From the NCBI GenBank assembly GCA_038046765.1, contig JBBSVN010000012.1, positions 36,044-100,043 of the forward strand: DNA of 64,000 bases, in the 5' to 3' direction. Of the stretch, positions 1 through 10,231 are shown one piece after another (within the stretch, counting starts at the first letter, position 1; every line of letters starts with the position of its first letter). Under the pieces are notes generated by a model. It did not search any database. It saw only the letters and a list, made by a program, of their open reading frames with translations, and had not been told where the DNA came from. Made by a program: the position numbers and the translations under genes. The DNA is from Candidatus Micrarchaeota archaeon (GTDB taxonomy: Archaea; Micrarchaeota; Micrarchaeia; Anstonellales; Bilamarchaeaceae).

Positions 1-706
1 CAAAATCTACTTTTCCGTCTAATTTGAAATGATTTGTAATCCCTCTGCCATTTTCCCCTAGAACTCCGTCCCCATGCGCGTCATCAATGTATGTTACTGC
101 TTCGTATTGTTCTGATAGTTTTACGATTTGGTCTAAGGGTGCGATGTCACCATCCATCGAAAATACGCCATCGCTTACAATAAGAATTCTTTTTGCGTTT
201 TTAGTTTTCGCTTCTTTCAATTTTGCTTCTAAATCTTGCATGTTCTTGTGTTCGTAAACTAATCGATCTGCTTTACTTAATCGTAGTCCATCTATTATCG
301 ATCCGTGATTTAGCGAATCTGAAATTACTGCATCGCCTTCTCTTAACAATGCGGGTAACGCTCCGCTATTAGCTGTAAAACCTGTATTATAATATAGTGC
401 TGCTTCTGTATGTTTAAATTTCGCGATTAATTCTTCTAGTTTTAAGTGTATGTCCATTGTTCCAGCAATTGGCCTTACTGAACCGCTTCCAGCCCCATGC
501 GTTCTTATTGCGTTTATTGCTGCTTTTCTAAGTGCTTTATGATTTGCTAATCCTAAGTAATTGTTTGAGCATAACATGACTACTTTCTTTCCGTCAATTG
601 TGGATTGTGCCACTGATGGCCCGCCTAGTGTTCGTGGTTTCCACAATAAGTTATCTTTATCTAATAAATCGAGTTCGGATTTTAGTTCTTCTAATAATCG
701 AGACAT
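1..706 (-). CDS. kbl: 2-amino-3-ketobutyrate CoA ligase / glycine C-acetyltransferase (PLP-dependent alpha-oxoamine synthase family). C-terminus lies beyond the window start.
   Basis: The reverse-strand translation from the ATG at 706 gives MSRLLEELKSELDLLDKDNLLWKPRTLGGP...HGAGSGSVRPIAGTMDIHLKLEE...LIVSDGVFSMDGDIAPL, typical of the AONS/KBL family. The gene sits back-to-back with tdh. Confidence 0.7.
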   Translation of the reverse strand, partial: MSRLLEELKSELDLLDKDNLLWKPRTLGGPSVAQSTIDGKKVVMLCSNNYLGLANHKALRKAAINAIRTHGAGSGSVRPIAGTMDIHLKLEELIAKFKHTEAALYYNTGFTANSGALPALLREGDAVISDSLNHGSIIDGLRLSKADRLVYEHKNMQDLEAKLKEAKTKNAKRILIVSDGVFSMDGDIAPLDQIVKLSEQYEAVTYIDDAHGDGVLGENGRGITNHFKLDGKVDF

Positions 707-863
707 TTAGAATCACCGTTAACATATAATCTATTCATTTTGATGTTTTAAATATCCTATTAAATTATTAAATCTGTTCGTGTAGAAAAATTCACATAAA
801 TATAAACTTATTGTTAATTTGACACTTTAGTATACTTTTAAATCTTGGTAGATTAATTTAATT

Positions 864-3035
864 ATGGTAAATATTCCTTCATCACCAGATTTGCCTGATT
901 TTATTCCAAAACTAAAGATACGCGACTTAAAGGGCGAACTACGAAGCGAAGCAGAAGATATTCTCGAACAATTTTCAGAAGTTTCTACTGCAACTTTATC
1001 TAAAAATAGCACGATTGAATCAATGGTTAAACTATCAGCTAAACTTAACAAGAAGAGTAAAGGACATAAGAAACTAAAAAACAAGGTTGAAAACTTTGTC
1101 ATGATGGCTAATGCGCTTAAAAGAGAAAACGTAGTTGTTGCTGTTGCAACTACAAGAAACGAAGAACGAAGATTTAGACCACCGACACAAGAAATTGAAG
1201 CAAGACGAATGTTATTAGGAAGATTTGAAATTCACGAAATACTTAAAGATAATGGGCAGATGGGGACAACTTATAAAGTTTGGGACAATGAAAAAAATCA
1301 GTTTGCAGTAGTTAAAGAAGTTTTAGAAAGAAATAGGGATGCAACTATAATTGCAAAAAGAGAATACAAACTTGGTAAAAGATTAAATCATTCTGGAATT
1401 TCGAGTTATTCTGAATTTATTGAAGATAAATCCGAGGGTATGATTTACGTTGTAAGAGAATGGGTTGAAGGAACTAATCTTAAGGATATTGGAACACAAA
1501 GCGAGCAGAAAATAAAACAATTCTTGGAGCAAATAATTGAAATCGTCAAATATGTACATTCCGAGGACATAATTTTGCGTGATTTAAAAATAAGTAATTT
1601 TGTTCTAACTAGTGATGGCAGACTTAAACTAATTGAAGTATGTGGTGCACTTGAAGAAGGTGAAGCTAAAATTCAGGAACGAAATCACGAATCAACAATG
1701 TTTCATGTAGGAAGTCCATTTTCAACTGCTCCTGAACTATTTAGTCCTTGTAAACAGTCTGATATTTGGTCAATCGGTTCGATTATTGCTGATTTGTACT
1801 TAGGTGATGGAAAGAAATGCCAAATCTCTTCAGATGAATATGATTTTAGTATAATTGAAAATAAAAAACTTAGAACAATCGTAGAAAAAGCCATGCAGTA
1901 CAGGGTAAAATATCGATATCAATCTGTTGAAGAACTCGCTCAAGCGATTAGCGTAAAAGACGAATCGGTTGCTTTAAATAATGTGGAAAGACCTGGTGTT
2001 TTTGCTAGGATTAGGGCAAGTGTTATTTCATTTTTCAGTTACTCTGAAGCTACTATAATTAAAAATTTAAAAGAATCAATCGAAACTAATTCGCTTCGTG
2101 CCAATGATCAAAGACTTCAAAATCTTACTCCTGAAGAAGCAGATAAACTTTTACAATCCTTAGATGCTAAAAAAATTAGCAAAGGGGCGGATGTAAATGT
2201 TGTACTTTACATAATTTGTGAAAAAATTACTCAACTTCGTTCATTAGAAGTTGTTGCGGCTATAAAAAAATTACTTGAAATTGAAAGTTTTGGTGCTAAA
2301 ATCATTAGTAATTCTGTTTTTGATTTTTTAATTGAGAACCTAAATTCCAAATCTGCTTCCCAGGGAATACTCGAATTTTCAAAGTTTGATTATTTTGCTG
2401 ATCAGATACATGCCTTAATGAAAAAAATCGATAAAGAAATAGATGCATGTAATGCGTTAATCACAATTAAAAAAATGAAGAATAGAAACGAACTTGATCA
2501 AAAAGGCATTTTTAGACTCGCAGGAACGATTATTTCATCCGCAAATGCAGCTGATGTCATGGAAGCCGAAGGAGCTGATTTTGATGAAGCAACGATGGAT
2601 ACTTTGGCAAGAACAATTGCTAATGCGGGTAATCAAAATGATGCAAAGCGAGCGCTATGGAAAAGAACAATTACTAAATATTATCCATGGATAGATGTTC
2701 TGGCAAAAACTATTGGGGCTGATTCGGCTAGTGCTTCACAAGTTCTAAGTACTATCGAAATAAACATTGGTGTTGGGTATTTTGAACCAAAATTAAGGAC
2801 TTCTCTAAGTAATCTCGCAGAAAAAGTAAGCGAATCAGCACATGCGAAAAATGTTATAATGAAATTCGGCGATGCTGAAAGAAGTCTTAGATGGATAAAT
2901 ACATGGTTAACTCCCGGATCTATTGGTACCTTAGTTGCTCAAGTAAATGTTCCACAGCACATACAGGAAATTTTGGCATATAGCCAAGCTCCCGAATCGA
3001 TAAAAACCGAATTACGAAAAAAACTTAGAGAATAA
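864..3035 (+). CDS. Eukaryotic-like Ser/Thr protein kinase-fold protein, probably a pseudokinase, with a roughly 430 aa helical C-terminal domain of unknown function.
   Basis: Hanks-type motifs are present: a VAIK-like FAVVKEV, an alphaC Glu, a catalytic loop LRDLKISNF (HRD changed to LRD), APE (TAPELF) and subdomain IX SDIWSIGS. The DFG Asp is absent (IEVCGA). Only a 28 bp gap separates it from tdh. Confidence 0.55.
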   Translation: MVNIPSSPDLPDFIPKLKIRDLKGELRSEAEDILEQFSEVSTATLSKNSTIESMVKLSAKLNKKSKGHKKLKNKVENFVMMANALKRENVVVAVATTRNEERRFRPPTQEIEARRMLLGRFEIHEILKDNGQMGTTYKVWDNEKNQFAVVKEVLERNRDATIIAKREYKLGKRLNHSGISSYSEFIEDKSEGMIYVVREWVEGTNLKDIGTQSEQKIKQFLEQIIEIVKYVHSEDIILRDLKISNFVLTSDGRLKLIEVCGALEEGEAKIQERNHESTMFHVGSPFSTAPELFSPCKQSDIWSIGSIIADLYLGDGKKCQISSDEYDFSIIENKKLRTIVEKAMQYRVKYRYQSVEELAQAISVKDESVALNNVERPGVFARIRASVISFFSYSEATIIKNLKESIETNSLRANDQRLQNLTPEEADKLLQSLDAKKISKGADVNVVLYIICEKITQLRSLEVVAAIKKLLEIESFGAKIISNSVFDFLIENLNSKSASQGILEFSKFDYFADQIHALMKKIDKEIDACNALITIKKMKNRNELDQKGIFRLAGTIISSANAADVMEAEGADFDEATMDTLARTIANAGNQNDAKRALWKRTITKYYPWIDVLAKTIGADSASASQVLSTIEINIGVGYFEPKLRTSLSNLAEKVSESAHAKNVIMKFGDAERSLRWINTWLTPGSIGTLVAQVNVPQHIQEILAYSQAPESIKTELRKKLRE

Positions 3036-3062
3036 ACAAATCAACAAACGAGGCGTTTAATT

Positions 3063-4097
3063 ATGTTGTCAGTTTGGAAAACAAAACCAGAAGAAGGACT
3101 TATAGTAAAAGAAACAGATGTCCCTAAAATCAAAGAAGACCAAGTTCTAATCAAAGTCAAAGCAACTTCAATATGCGGCACAGATATGCATATTTACAAA
3201 TGGGATGAATGGGCGCAAAAACGAATCGGGAAAAATATTCCATATATTTTTGGTCATGAAGTAGCTGGGGAAATTGCAGAAATGGGTAAAAGCGTAAAAG
3301 GCTTATCTATAGGAGATCACGTATCAGCTGAAACGCATATCTCATGCGGATATTGTTTCCAGTGTAAAACTGGAAATGAACATATTTGTCAGAATGTTAA
3401 AATTTTAGGAGTTGATACAAACGGAACTTTTGCAGAATATTTAGCACTACCCTATCGAAATGCATGGGTAAATGACAAGAAAATTCCTCATTCTGTTGCA
3501 ACAGCACAAGAACCATTAGGAAACGCAGTCCATACTGTTTTTGATGGCGAAATTGTTGGAAAAACAGTTACGATATTTGGTATGGGCCCAATCGGAATTT
3601 GTGCAGTTGGACTATGCAAACTAGGTGGAGCAGAAAAGATAATTGCAATTGATAACCATGGTAGCAGATTAAAAATGGCAAAAGATTTTGGCGCAGATGT
3701 ACTAATTAATCCAAAGGAAAGCAATACACAAAAAGAAATAATGGATGCAACAAATGGACTAGGCGCAGATGTATTTTTAGAAATCGCAGGAAGCGAAGCA
3801 GCAATGACTGATGGATTAGCAACAATTAAGGCAGGTGGGAGAGCTTCAATTCTGGGAGTTTTCTCGAAACCATTTACTGTTGATGTCACTAGAGACATTG
3901 TGTTTAAAGGCATCAAACTCACAGGGATTAACGGAAGAAAAATGTTTGATACTTGGTATAAAACAAGATCTATTTTAGCTAGCGGAAAACTAGACCTAGC
4001 AAAACTCGTTACGCACAAGTTTAAACTAAAAGATATTGAAAAAGGATTCCAGGTTATGAAAAAAAGAGAAGGAATGAAGATTGTTTTGGAGCCTTAA
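3063..4097 (+). CDS. tdh: L-threonine 3-dehydrogenase (Zn-dependent medium-chain dehydrogenase).
   Basis: Typical Tdh N-terminus: CGTDMHIYKWDEW, GHEVAGEIAEMG and GDHVSAETHISCGYCFQCKTGNEHIC (structural zinc Cys4), plus a Rossmann GMGPIG. kbl lies next to it. Confidence 0.85.
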   Translation: MLSVWKTKPEEGLIVKETDVPKIKEDQVLIKVKATSICGTDMHIYKWDEWAQKRIGKNIPYIFGHEVAGEIAEMGKSVKGLSIGDHVSAETHISCGYCFQCKTGNEHICQNVKILGVDTNGTFAEYLALPYRNAWVNDKKIPHSVATAQEPLGNAVHTVFDGEIVGKTVTIFGMGPIGICAVGLCKLGGAEKIIAIDNHGSRLKMAKDFGADVLINPKESNTQKEIMDATNGLGADVFLEIAGSEAAMTDGLATIKAGGRASILGVFSKPFTVDVTRDIVFKGIKLTGINGRKMFDTWYKTRSILASGKLDLAKLVTHKFKLKDIEKGFQVMKKREGMKIVLEP

Positions 4098-4119
4098 TCG
4101 TCATTTATCACACAAAATT

Positions 4120-4200
4120 CTAAAAAATGTGTGGTAAGTTTTTCTCTCGTAATTTTTAGGCACACATTTAATAGTTAAAATGTGTGGTAAGTAAATATAT
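4120..4200. repeat. 16 bp direct repeat (aaaatgtgtggtaagt, twice) with an embedded inverted repeat (aaatgtgtgg / gcacacattt) in the convergent tdh/rad50 intergenic region. Possibly a bidirectional terminator or binding site.
   Basis: Read directly from positions 4125-4140 and 4180-4195. The complementary block lies near 4163-4172. Confidence 0.3.
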
Positions 4201-4218
4201 AAAATAAAAAGAAACTAC

Positions 4219-6519
4219 CTAAACCCTTTGCGCAATCGTCGGTCCCAAATTAGATTTGTCCCTGGTTAGTACATAATTCGTTGCAAAATCACTTCCAGTT
4301 AATCCTTCTTCATGGCTAATTATTAACGTCTGTTCGATAACGCTTGGAACTTTAAATTGCAAAGTATTTGAAAGAAGTTCAATCGCTTCGCTATCTAAAT
4401 TGTGTGTTGGTTCATCTAAAATTAACCAACTTAAATTTGGTGTTAAAACTGTCGCTAATGCAACGCGCAAAGTTAATGCAACACAAGCTCTTTCTCCTCC
4501 GCTAGCAACTGTTTCTAATTCCTTCCAGCCATTTTCAAGTATTTCTACATTGTAATCTTTTTCAGTTACATTTATCCTAATTGCCTTGTAGTTTCTATGC
4601 GGGTAAAATATATTCCAAATCTCGTTCATCGCATTATTTATTGCTTCAATTAAATTTGTTCTAAGTGAAATCTGCGTTTCTAATAATGCGTCCTTGTAGA
4701 TACTCAATTCATTTTCAAGCTTTGATAAGTACTTAATTTCTAAGTCTATTTCCTTAAGGTGAATTAGTTCTTTATCCGTAATCTCATATATCTGTTGATA
4801 ATCACCAACTTGTTTTTTTAATACTGCTAATGATCCAAAAATCTTTTCATAGTTAATCTTTACATTTTCAAGTAAAACTCTTTTTTCCTCAAATACCTTA
4901 TCGTCAAATTTAACCAGAGCAAGTTTCGTATTTATTTCTTCTAAATTTTTAGTTGTATTTTCTATTTCCTTTTTCTTCTTAATTTCTGACTCCATTTTAT
5001 TTTGTTCTAAAATAAGTTTTTCAATCTGGCTAGTTAGCTCGCTTAGATTTTTTTGCATCTGTAATTTATTGTCTTCAATTATTTTTTGGTTTTCTGTCTT
5101 TGTAGTTGTTTCTTTTATGACTAAAGCCTCATCTATGAGTCCTTCTTTAAGCGCTTTTATCCGATCTGTTAAAAGTTCAGCTGATTTTAAATCTTTTTCA
5201 ATTGTTTCAATGCTACTTCTAATTTGGCTAATCTTTAGTTCGATTTTCGGTAAAATTTCGTTATTCTCCCTAACAATTTTTTCTCTTTCATTTTTTATGT
5301 GTGATATTTTATCTGGATTTAATTCGCAGTTACATACTGGGCATACTGCGGCACTATCCTGTAATTGTATTTTATTTGCTATGTCCTGTAACTCCTTGAT
5401 TTTAGCTTTTCTTACTCCAAGTTCGGCTGTTAGTTCTGATGACTCTTTTGAAAGGGGATCTTTTTTCAACTTTAGATCTGGGATACTGGCATTTTTTAAT
5501 ATAAGTTTTAACGAACTATCATATTTTGCTATCAGTTCGACTGAATTTTTGTTATTCTTTATTTTCTGTTCATTTGCAGCGATTTGTTTACTTATTTCTA
5601 ATGATGCCTGATCTAGTGGTTTAATTTTTTCCATTACTTCTAGTCTATTTTTCTGTGTCTCTGTTCTTCTTGTTTTTAGTTCTTCCAAAACTACCTCTTG
5701 AACTTCTACATATCCTTTTTTCAAATTTTCAATTATAGCAGTTAATTTTATCTGCTGGTTTTTCAAGATTTCAAAACTATCTTTTAGTAACTTTAATTGG
5801 TCATACTCATCTTGAAAGTCTTTTCTTTTTACGCTCAATTCCCCAATCTCTTTTTCTAGTTCAGTTGCCCTCTGTTTTCCCTTATCCATTTCTAAGATTA
5901 TTGTTTGTTTCTTTTCTTCTAATTCCTTTATTCTTAAGCTACTAAATTTTTCTGATAATGTTTTGTTGCCAGATTTTATTCTGTTTATTACAGAAATAAG
6001 GTTTGTTCTAGCTGTTTCAAACTTATCTAAACCCAGTAGGTTATCAAGTTCCTGCTTTCTTCTTCTTGGTTCAACAGATAAAAAATAATCTATGTTGTTC
6101 TGGTCGCTGTAAATTGCTCTTGTAAATAAATCGTAGTCCACTTGTAATAATTGTTCAATATATTCATTTACTGCTACTGGACCCTTATCCATTAACTGAT
6201 CTTTCTTGTATACATAAGCATCAGTACTGGTTCCTCTTTTATCTTTCTTTATAATTCGTTCTACCTTGTAATTTTCTCCCCTGCAGTTAAAATTAAGTTC
6301 GATTTGTGCAGAATTTTCATTTAGTCGCAGTGTGTTTTCTAAGTTTAATTTTCTTTTTTCTAAACTAGGAAAAGTTCCAAATAATGCAAAACAGATCGCA
6401 TCAAGTACGCTTGATTTTCCACTCCCCATACTTCCAATTAAAAGATTAGTTCCTTTGCTAAACGCTAAGTTGCTGTTTGCATGCGATCGCCAGTTTGTAA
6501 GTTTGATGGAAGTAAGCAT
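4219..6519 (-). CDS. rad50: Rad50-type SMC-like DNA repair ATPase.
   Basis: N-terminal Walker A GSMGSGKSS, a long coiled coil with a central CPVCNCEL zinc hook (CxxC), and a C-terminal signature plus Walker B (ILDEPTHNLD). Confidence 0.85.
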   Translation of the reverse strand: MLTSIKLTNWRSHANSNLAFSKGTNLLIGSMGSGKSSVLDAICFALFGTFPSLEKRKLNLENTLRLNENSAQIELNFNCRGENYKVERIIKKDKRGTSTDAYVYKKDQLMDKGPVAVNEYIEQLLQVDYDLFTRAIYSDQNNIDYFLSVEPRRRKQELDNLLGLDKFETARTNLISVINRIKSGNKTLSEKFSSLRIKELEEKKQTIILEMDKGKQRATELEKEIGELSVKRKDFQDEYDQLKLLKDSFEILKNQQIKLTAIIENLKKGYVEVQEVVLEELKTRRTETQKNRLEVMEKIKPLDQASLEISKQIAANEQKIKNNKNSVELIAKYDSSLKLILKNASIPDLKLKKDPLSKESSELTAELGVRKAKIKELQDIANKIQLQDSAAVCPVCNCELNPDKISHIKNEREKIVRENNEILPKIELKISQIRSSIETIEKDLKSAELLTDRIKALKEGLIDEALVIKETTTKTENQKIIEDNKLQMQKNLSELTSQIEKLILEQNKMESEIKKKKEIENTTKNLEEINTKLALVKFDDKVFEEKRVLLENVKINYEKIFGSLAVLKKQVGDYQQIYEITDKELIHLKEIDLEIKYLSKLENELSIYKDALLETQISLRTNLIEAINNAMNEIWNIFYPHRNYKAIRINVTEKDYNVEILENGWKELETVASGGERACVALTLRVALATVLTPNLSWLILDEPTHNLDSEAIELLSNTLQFKVPSVIEQTLIISHEEGLTGSDFATNYVLTRDKSNLGPTIAQRV

Positions 6520-6575
6520 ACATCAAGTAATTTATATGGTTAAAAATAAAGAGACATCTGTTCTGCTGGTTTTTA

Positions 6576-7453
6576 CTATCTAAAAACAGTATATCTGCAA
6601 ACTTCAGGGTCGTTTACCTTTGCAATAATTTCAGCGTTTCCTTCGTTTACAAGGCGTTCGTAATACGTATTTGTTGAAGCAAGGTCTAAACCAACTATGA
6701 AACTATTTTTATCTTTTAGTAATCCGCGTAACTTTGTTAAAAATTGTTTTACGAGTACGGATCCGGTTTCGGGATTATGGAATTCTTTAATAAAGTGCAT
6801 TACATTTGCGAGGAATATTCGGTCGAACTTACGACTTTTTAATTTTTCTAATCCTTCGGGTAATGTTGTCTGGATTATGTTATATCTGTCTGCAAGTATC
6901 TTCGCCCGAGTTTTTGCATAAATTTCTTCATTTTTTAAGTGTGGAAAGAAATGCGTTCCTATATCTTGTTCTTCTAAGGTGATGTTACAACTATCACTTA
7001 CACGGTGATGTTCATTATTAACATCTAATCCCGCCTGATTGAAAATATCAATTAAGATATCTCGTTCATGACTTGATAAACAATCTTTAAGAAACAGGAT
7101 TGAATTGCTACGCAAGTAGTCATATGCTTGATTAAGATTTACTATAAACCTACTTGCTAACAATAATTTTAATAATTCGAGAAATTCCGCTCTGCTAAAT
7201 TCAGTTGTAGCCATTCTTGTTAATCTGTTATAAATAATCTGCTCTTTACTTGCATCTATCGCAACAACTTCCCTTACCTTTGGAAGCATAGCTAGTCCCA
7301 ACCATAAGCTGCGATCGTTAGGACACTATGGTGTGGTTGTAAATCCATAATCTCGAGCGTTTTAGGAACTCGTGTTAGTGGGCAGCCCCAGCTGAGTCTG
7401 CCTTTGGCAATGTTTAATGGTTTAACTGGTTTAATTATCGGTTCTGCTACCAT
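6576..7453 (-). pseudogene. Class I SAM-dependent methyltransferase-like gene split by an apparent +1 frameshift near 7292-7301. Motif I is degenerate.
   Basis: The 81-aa frame ends ...VLTIAAYGWD and the 241-aa frame continues LAMLPKVREVVAIDAS...FDRIFLANVMHF. Joined together they reproduce MTase motif I-II spacing (VLDxGxGxG...VVGxDxS). The two frames overlap by 10 nt. Confidence 0.35.
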
Positions 7454-7485
7454 AAATATACTCCACAATATTAATCTAAACAACA

Positions 7486-7493
7486 CTTTATAA
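7486..7493 (+). promoter_or_regulatory. Archaeal TATA box (tttataaa) about 35 bp upstream of the ATG at 7528, in a 75 bp divergent intergenic region.
   Basis: Sequence motif only. Confidence 0.3.
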
Positions 7494-7527
7494 ATTCTTC
7501 TTACCTTATTATAATTGGTGAGATTAA

Positions 7528-8169
7528 ATGCAAGCACAACATTTACTAATTCCAGGTCAAAGAAGAATCAATAAAATGGAATATCCTGGTTTTAAGAATG
7601 ACTTAAAAAAAGCTGGGTTTCGTGTTGAAGTTGGGTTAAATGAATTTAGTTATGGTCTAAAAACAAATCATTTTTTTCATGATCCTGGTTTTAATTTAGC
7701 TGTTAATGCCCTACATACTCCTGATAAAAAAGAAACAATTGTAAGCGCCGAATTGACAATGGTGTGGAGACCAGCTCTCCAACTTAATAGTGTCATAATT
7801 GAAGGTTTTCAGGAAAAAGCACATACTGTAGATTTACCTAATGGATATCAATACGCTGCTTTTCTAGTCGTTCCAAAAACAGTTGAATTATTAGTTGAAA
7901 ATGCCTTAAAATTAGGTAAATTTATTGCTGGACTAGAGGAACATCCATTAATTGAAGGTATTGAAGACAATCCGAAGGAAATTGTCTATAATAATCGTTG
8001 GTATAGTCAACGGATCCAAAACGCTTCAATTCCAGCTGAGGCTAAATCAATTGAGTTAGAGTGGGCTAGGGTACGAGATTTTATATGCGCTAGTATAGCT
8101 CATAAAGTCGGAGTTCTGCGACTCGACCAAAATTTAATTGAAGTTATGGCGTTTGTCACAAATAAATAA
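7528..8169 (+). CDS. Hypothetical protein.
   Basis: Long ORF with codon usage like its neighbours. No motif recognised. Confidence 0.45.
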   Translation: MQAQHLLIPGQRRINKMEYPGFKNDLKKAGFRVEVGLNEFSYGLKTNHFFHDPGFNLAVNALHTPDKKETIVSAELTMVWRPALQLNSVIIEGFQEKAHTVDLPNGYQYAAFLVVPKTVELLVENALKLGKFIAGLEEHPLIEGIEDNPKEIVYNNRWYSQRIQNASIPAEAKSIELEWARVRDFICASIAHKVGVLRLDQNLIEVMAFVTNK

Positions 8170-8183
8170 TTTTTGGTATTTTT

Positions 8184-9011
8184 ATGTCACAAACAAAATC
8201 ACAAACATTTGCTCCTCACGTAAAACGAGAAGACGTTTATTCAAGACTTGGAGGGCCTACTTTAAGGTTGCTACAAAGACTTAAGGCGATTCCTGAGGAG
8301 AACGGTGCGGTTTCAAGATTCAAAGAAACTAAACTTGATCAATTGAATCTAGATGCAATATCTCGTATTTGGTCAAGTGATCCAAATGAATTAGCAACAA
8401 TTCATGAAAGAGTTTATAGCGAATTGGCTGATTCTAGAAGGTGCAAATCTTCCAGAATGGATGAAGAAATTAAACGCGGAGTTTTAGAACTAACCGCGTT
8501 TCCATTTATCGTAGCTGATGTCGTCCTAGATCTAGCTTTAATGGACGAAGAAGAAATAAAACGAAAATTTCCTTGTCCAAAATTCTTCACTCAAGATGAA
8601 AGAAATGTTTTTGCAGTTGCAATGCACTCTGCTATAGAAGCGACTGCTAAAGAAGACCTTAAAAATTTCTTGAAAACTCATGTAAGCAGTTTTTACCCTC
8701 ACAACTTCCCAGAAGTAGGGGTATTAAAGACCAGGATTGCTTTTCTTGAAAGTGTTGCTAATGATTTTACTGATCAAAAAACGCGCTACTTAATGCAAGA
8801 CCGATATGATATGTGTAATCGTTTTCATATTAAGACCAAATCTACAGAAGATTTATATGCCGACCTTAGTATGTATCCGCGAGGTGGAAGGCTAGCTTTA
8901 ATAGAAGTTCTAAGTTGGAATGGGGGGCTTGACCGTGAATCTAGAATTAAGTTGGAAGCACTCGATCTTGAGTATCAGGTTCTTGGTCTAGGTCTTTCAA
9001 ACAGTGATTAA
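8184..9011 (+). CDS. Hypothetical protein.
   Basis: Long ORF, 14 bp downstream of the previous ORF. No motif recognised. Confidence 0.45.
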   Translation: MSQTKSQTFAPHVKREDVYSRLGGPTLRLLQRLKAIPEENGAVSRFKETKLDQLNLDAISRIWSSDPNELATIHERVYSELADSRRCKSSRMDEEIKRGVLELTAFPFIVADVVLDLALMDEEEIKRKFPCPKFFTQDERNVFAVAMHSAIEATAKEDLKNFLKTHVSSFYPHNFPEVGVLKTRIAFLESVANDFTDQKTRYLMQDRYDMCNRFHIKTKSTEDLYADLSMYPRGGRLALIEVLSWNGGLDRESRIKLEALDLEYQVLGLGLSNSD

Positions 9012-9127
9012 TTTAGTTACTAGACAAAATTCTTCTTACATATGTTAACTATATCATTTCGTCTTTCGTCGTATCTTCCAGCGTCAATCAACAATCTTTT
9101 TAAACCAATCTTAGCACATAAATACTG

Positions 9128-10231
9128 TTGATTTCTATGCGCTTAGTCGTAAAACTCGGCAGTTCCTTAGTTACTGCAAAAAACGGAATAGATTCTCATT
9201 TAATAAAGAAAATCGCTGATGAAATCTGTTCTTTAAGCGAACACGATTTTGTCATTGTTACTTCTGGAGCAATATCTACTGGGATGCGTAAACTTGGGAT
9301 AAAAGAAAAACCAAGAGACATTGCATTACATCAAGCACTGGCCGCAGTAGGCCAAGGTTCACTCATGCGAGCTTACGAGAGAATATTCGCAGATCGAAAA
9401 ATTTTAGCCCAAGTTCTTTTAACAAATAATGACTTCTGTAACCGTTTACAATACCTAAACATTCAACACACATTAAACATGCTAATTTCAAAACATGTAG
9501 TTCCAATAATAAACGAAAACGATACGGTAACTGCCCAAGATATAAAGAAAGTCGCCTTTGGAGATAACGATTCGCTAGCAGCTCAAGTCGCAGTTGCTAT
9601 AGATGCGGATATGCTAATTATCTTAACGGATGTTGATGGGTTATACGATCGAAATCCAAAAGATTCGCAAGCAAAATTAATTCGTGAAGTTAATGATTTT
9701 GACGATGCTTTTTTAGAATCTGCTTGTAGCACCTGTGGTGAACTAGGTCGAGGAGGAATGTCTGCAAAAGTTAAAGCTGCAAAAATGGCAACATTAGGAG
9801 ATGTAAAAGTTATTGTAGCTAAAGGAACAGAAATTAATGTGATTAAAAAAACAATTAACCATGAAGTTGGTACTGCATTCTATCCACCTAAAAATAATGA
9901 TCAATTATCTGCTCATAAAAACTGGATTGCGTTTGCTAGTGAAATAAAGGGGAAAATATTTGTAAAAGGAAGTACAGAAACAACTTGCAATTTAACTAGC
10001 GTAGTTTTGCCAAGCGAAGTAGTTTCTGCTGAAGGAGATTTTGAGAAAGGAGATGTAGTTGAAGTAATTTGTAATGAAAAGCGAATTGCAAGAGGAATGA
10101 GTAACTATTCCGTTTACGATCTAAACCGGGTTAAAGGATTGGAAGAAAATGATATTTTTAAAATCTTAGGCTATGCTTATAGGGAAGTAATTTCACAAAG
10201 TAATCTGGTGAAAACCAATGGAAAACATTAA
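9128..10231 (+). CDS. proB: Glutamate 5-kinase with a C-terminal PUA domain.
   Basis: MRLVVKLGSS N-terminus, amino-acid kinase fold, and a C-terminal PUA-like segment. It overlaps proA by 14 nt. Confidence 0.85.
   Translation: MISMRLVVKLGSSLVTAKNGIDSHLIKKIADEICSLSEHDFVIVTSGAISTGMRKLGIKEKPRDIALHQALAAVGQGSLMRAYERIFADRKILAQVLLTNNDFCNRLQYLNIQHTLNMLISKHVVPIINENDTVTAQDIKKVAFGDNDSLAAQVAVAIDADMLIILTDVDGLYDRNPKDSQAKLIREVNDFDDAFLESACSTCGELGRGGMSAKVKAAKMATLGDVKVIVAKGTEINVIKKTINHEVGTAFYPPKNNDQLSAHKNWIAFASEIKGKIFVKGSTETTCNLTSVVLPSEVVSAEGDFEKGDVVEVICNEKRIARGMSNYSVYDLNRVKGLEENDIFKILGYAYREVISQSNLVKTNGKH

Noticed and set aside
3488-4018. Antisense ORFs inside tdh, rad50 (5069-5611), the ABC permease, the mrp-like genes (39155-42744), polD (52059-56564) and others.
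   Set aside because: They fully overlap strong, motif-bearing genes on the opposite strand, and their low-complexity translations are typical of AT-rich antisense frames.
6576-7301. Gene upstream of rad50 as Mre11 or NurA.
   Set aside because: No phosphoesterase (GNHD/GDxxD) or NurA motifs. The sequence fits a class I methyltransferase C-terminal half instead.
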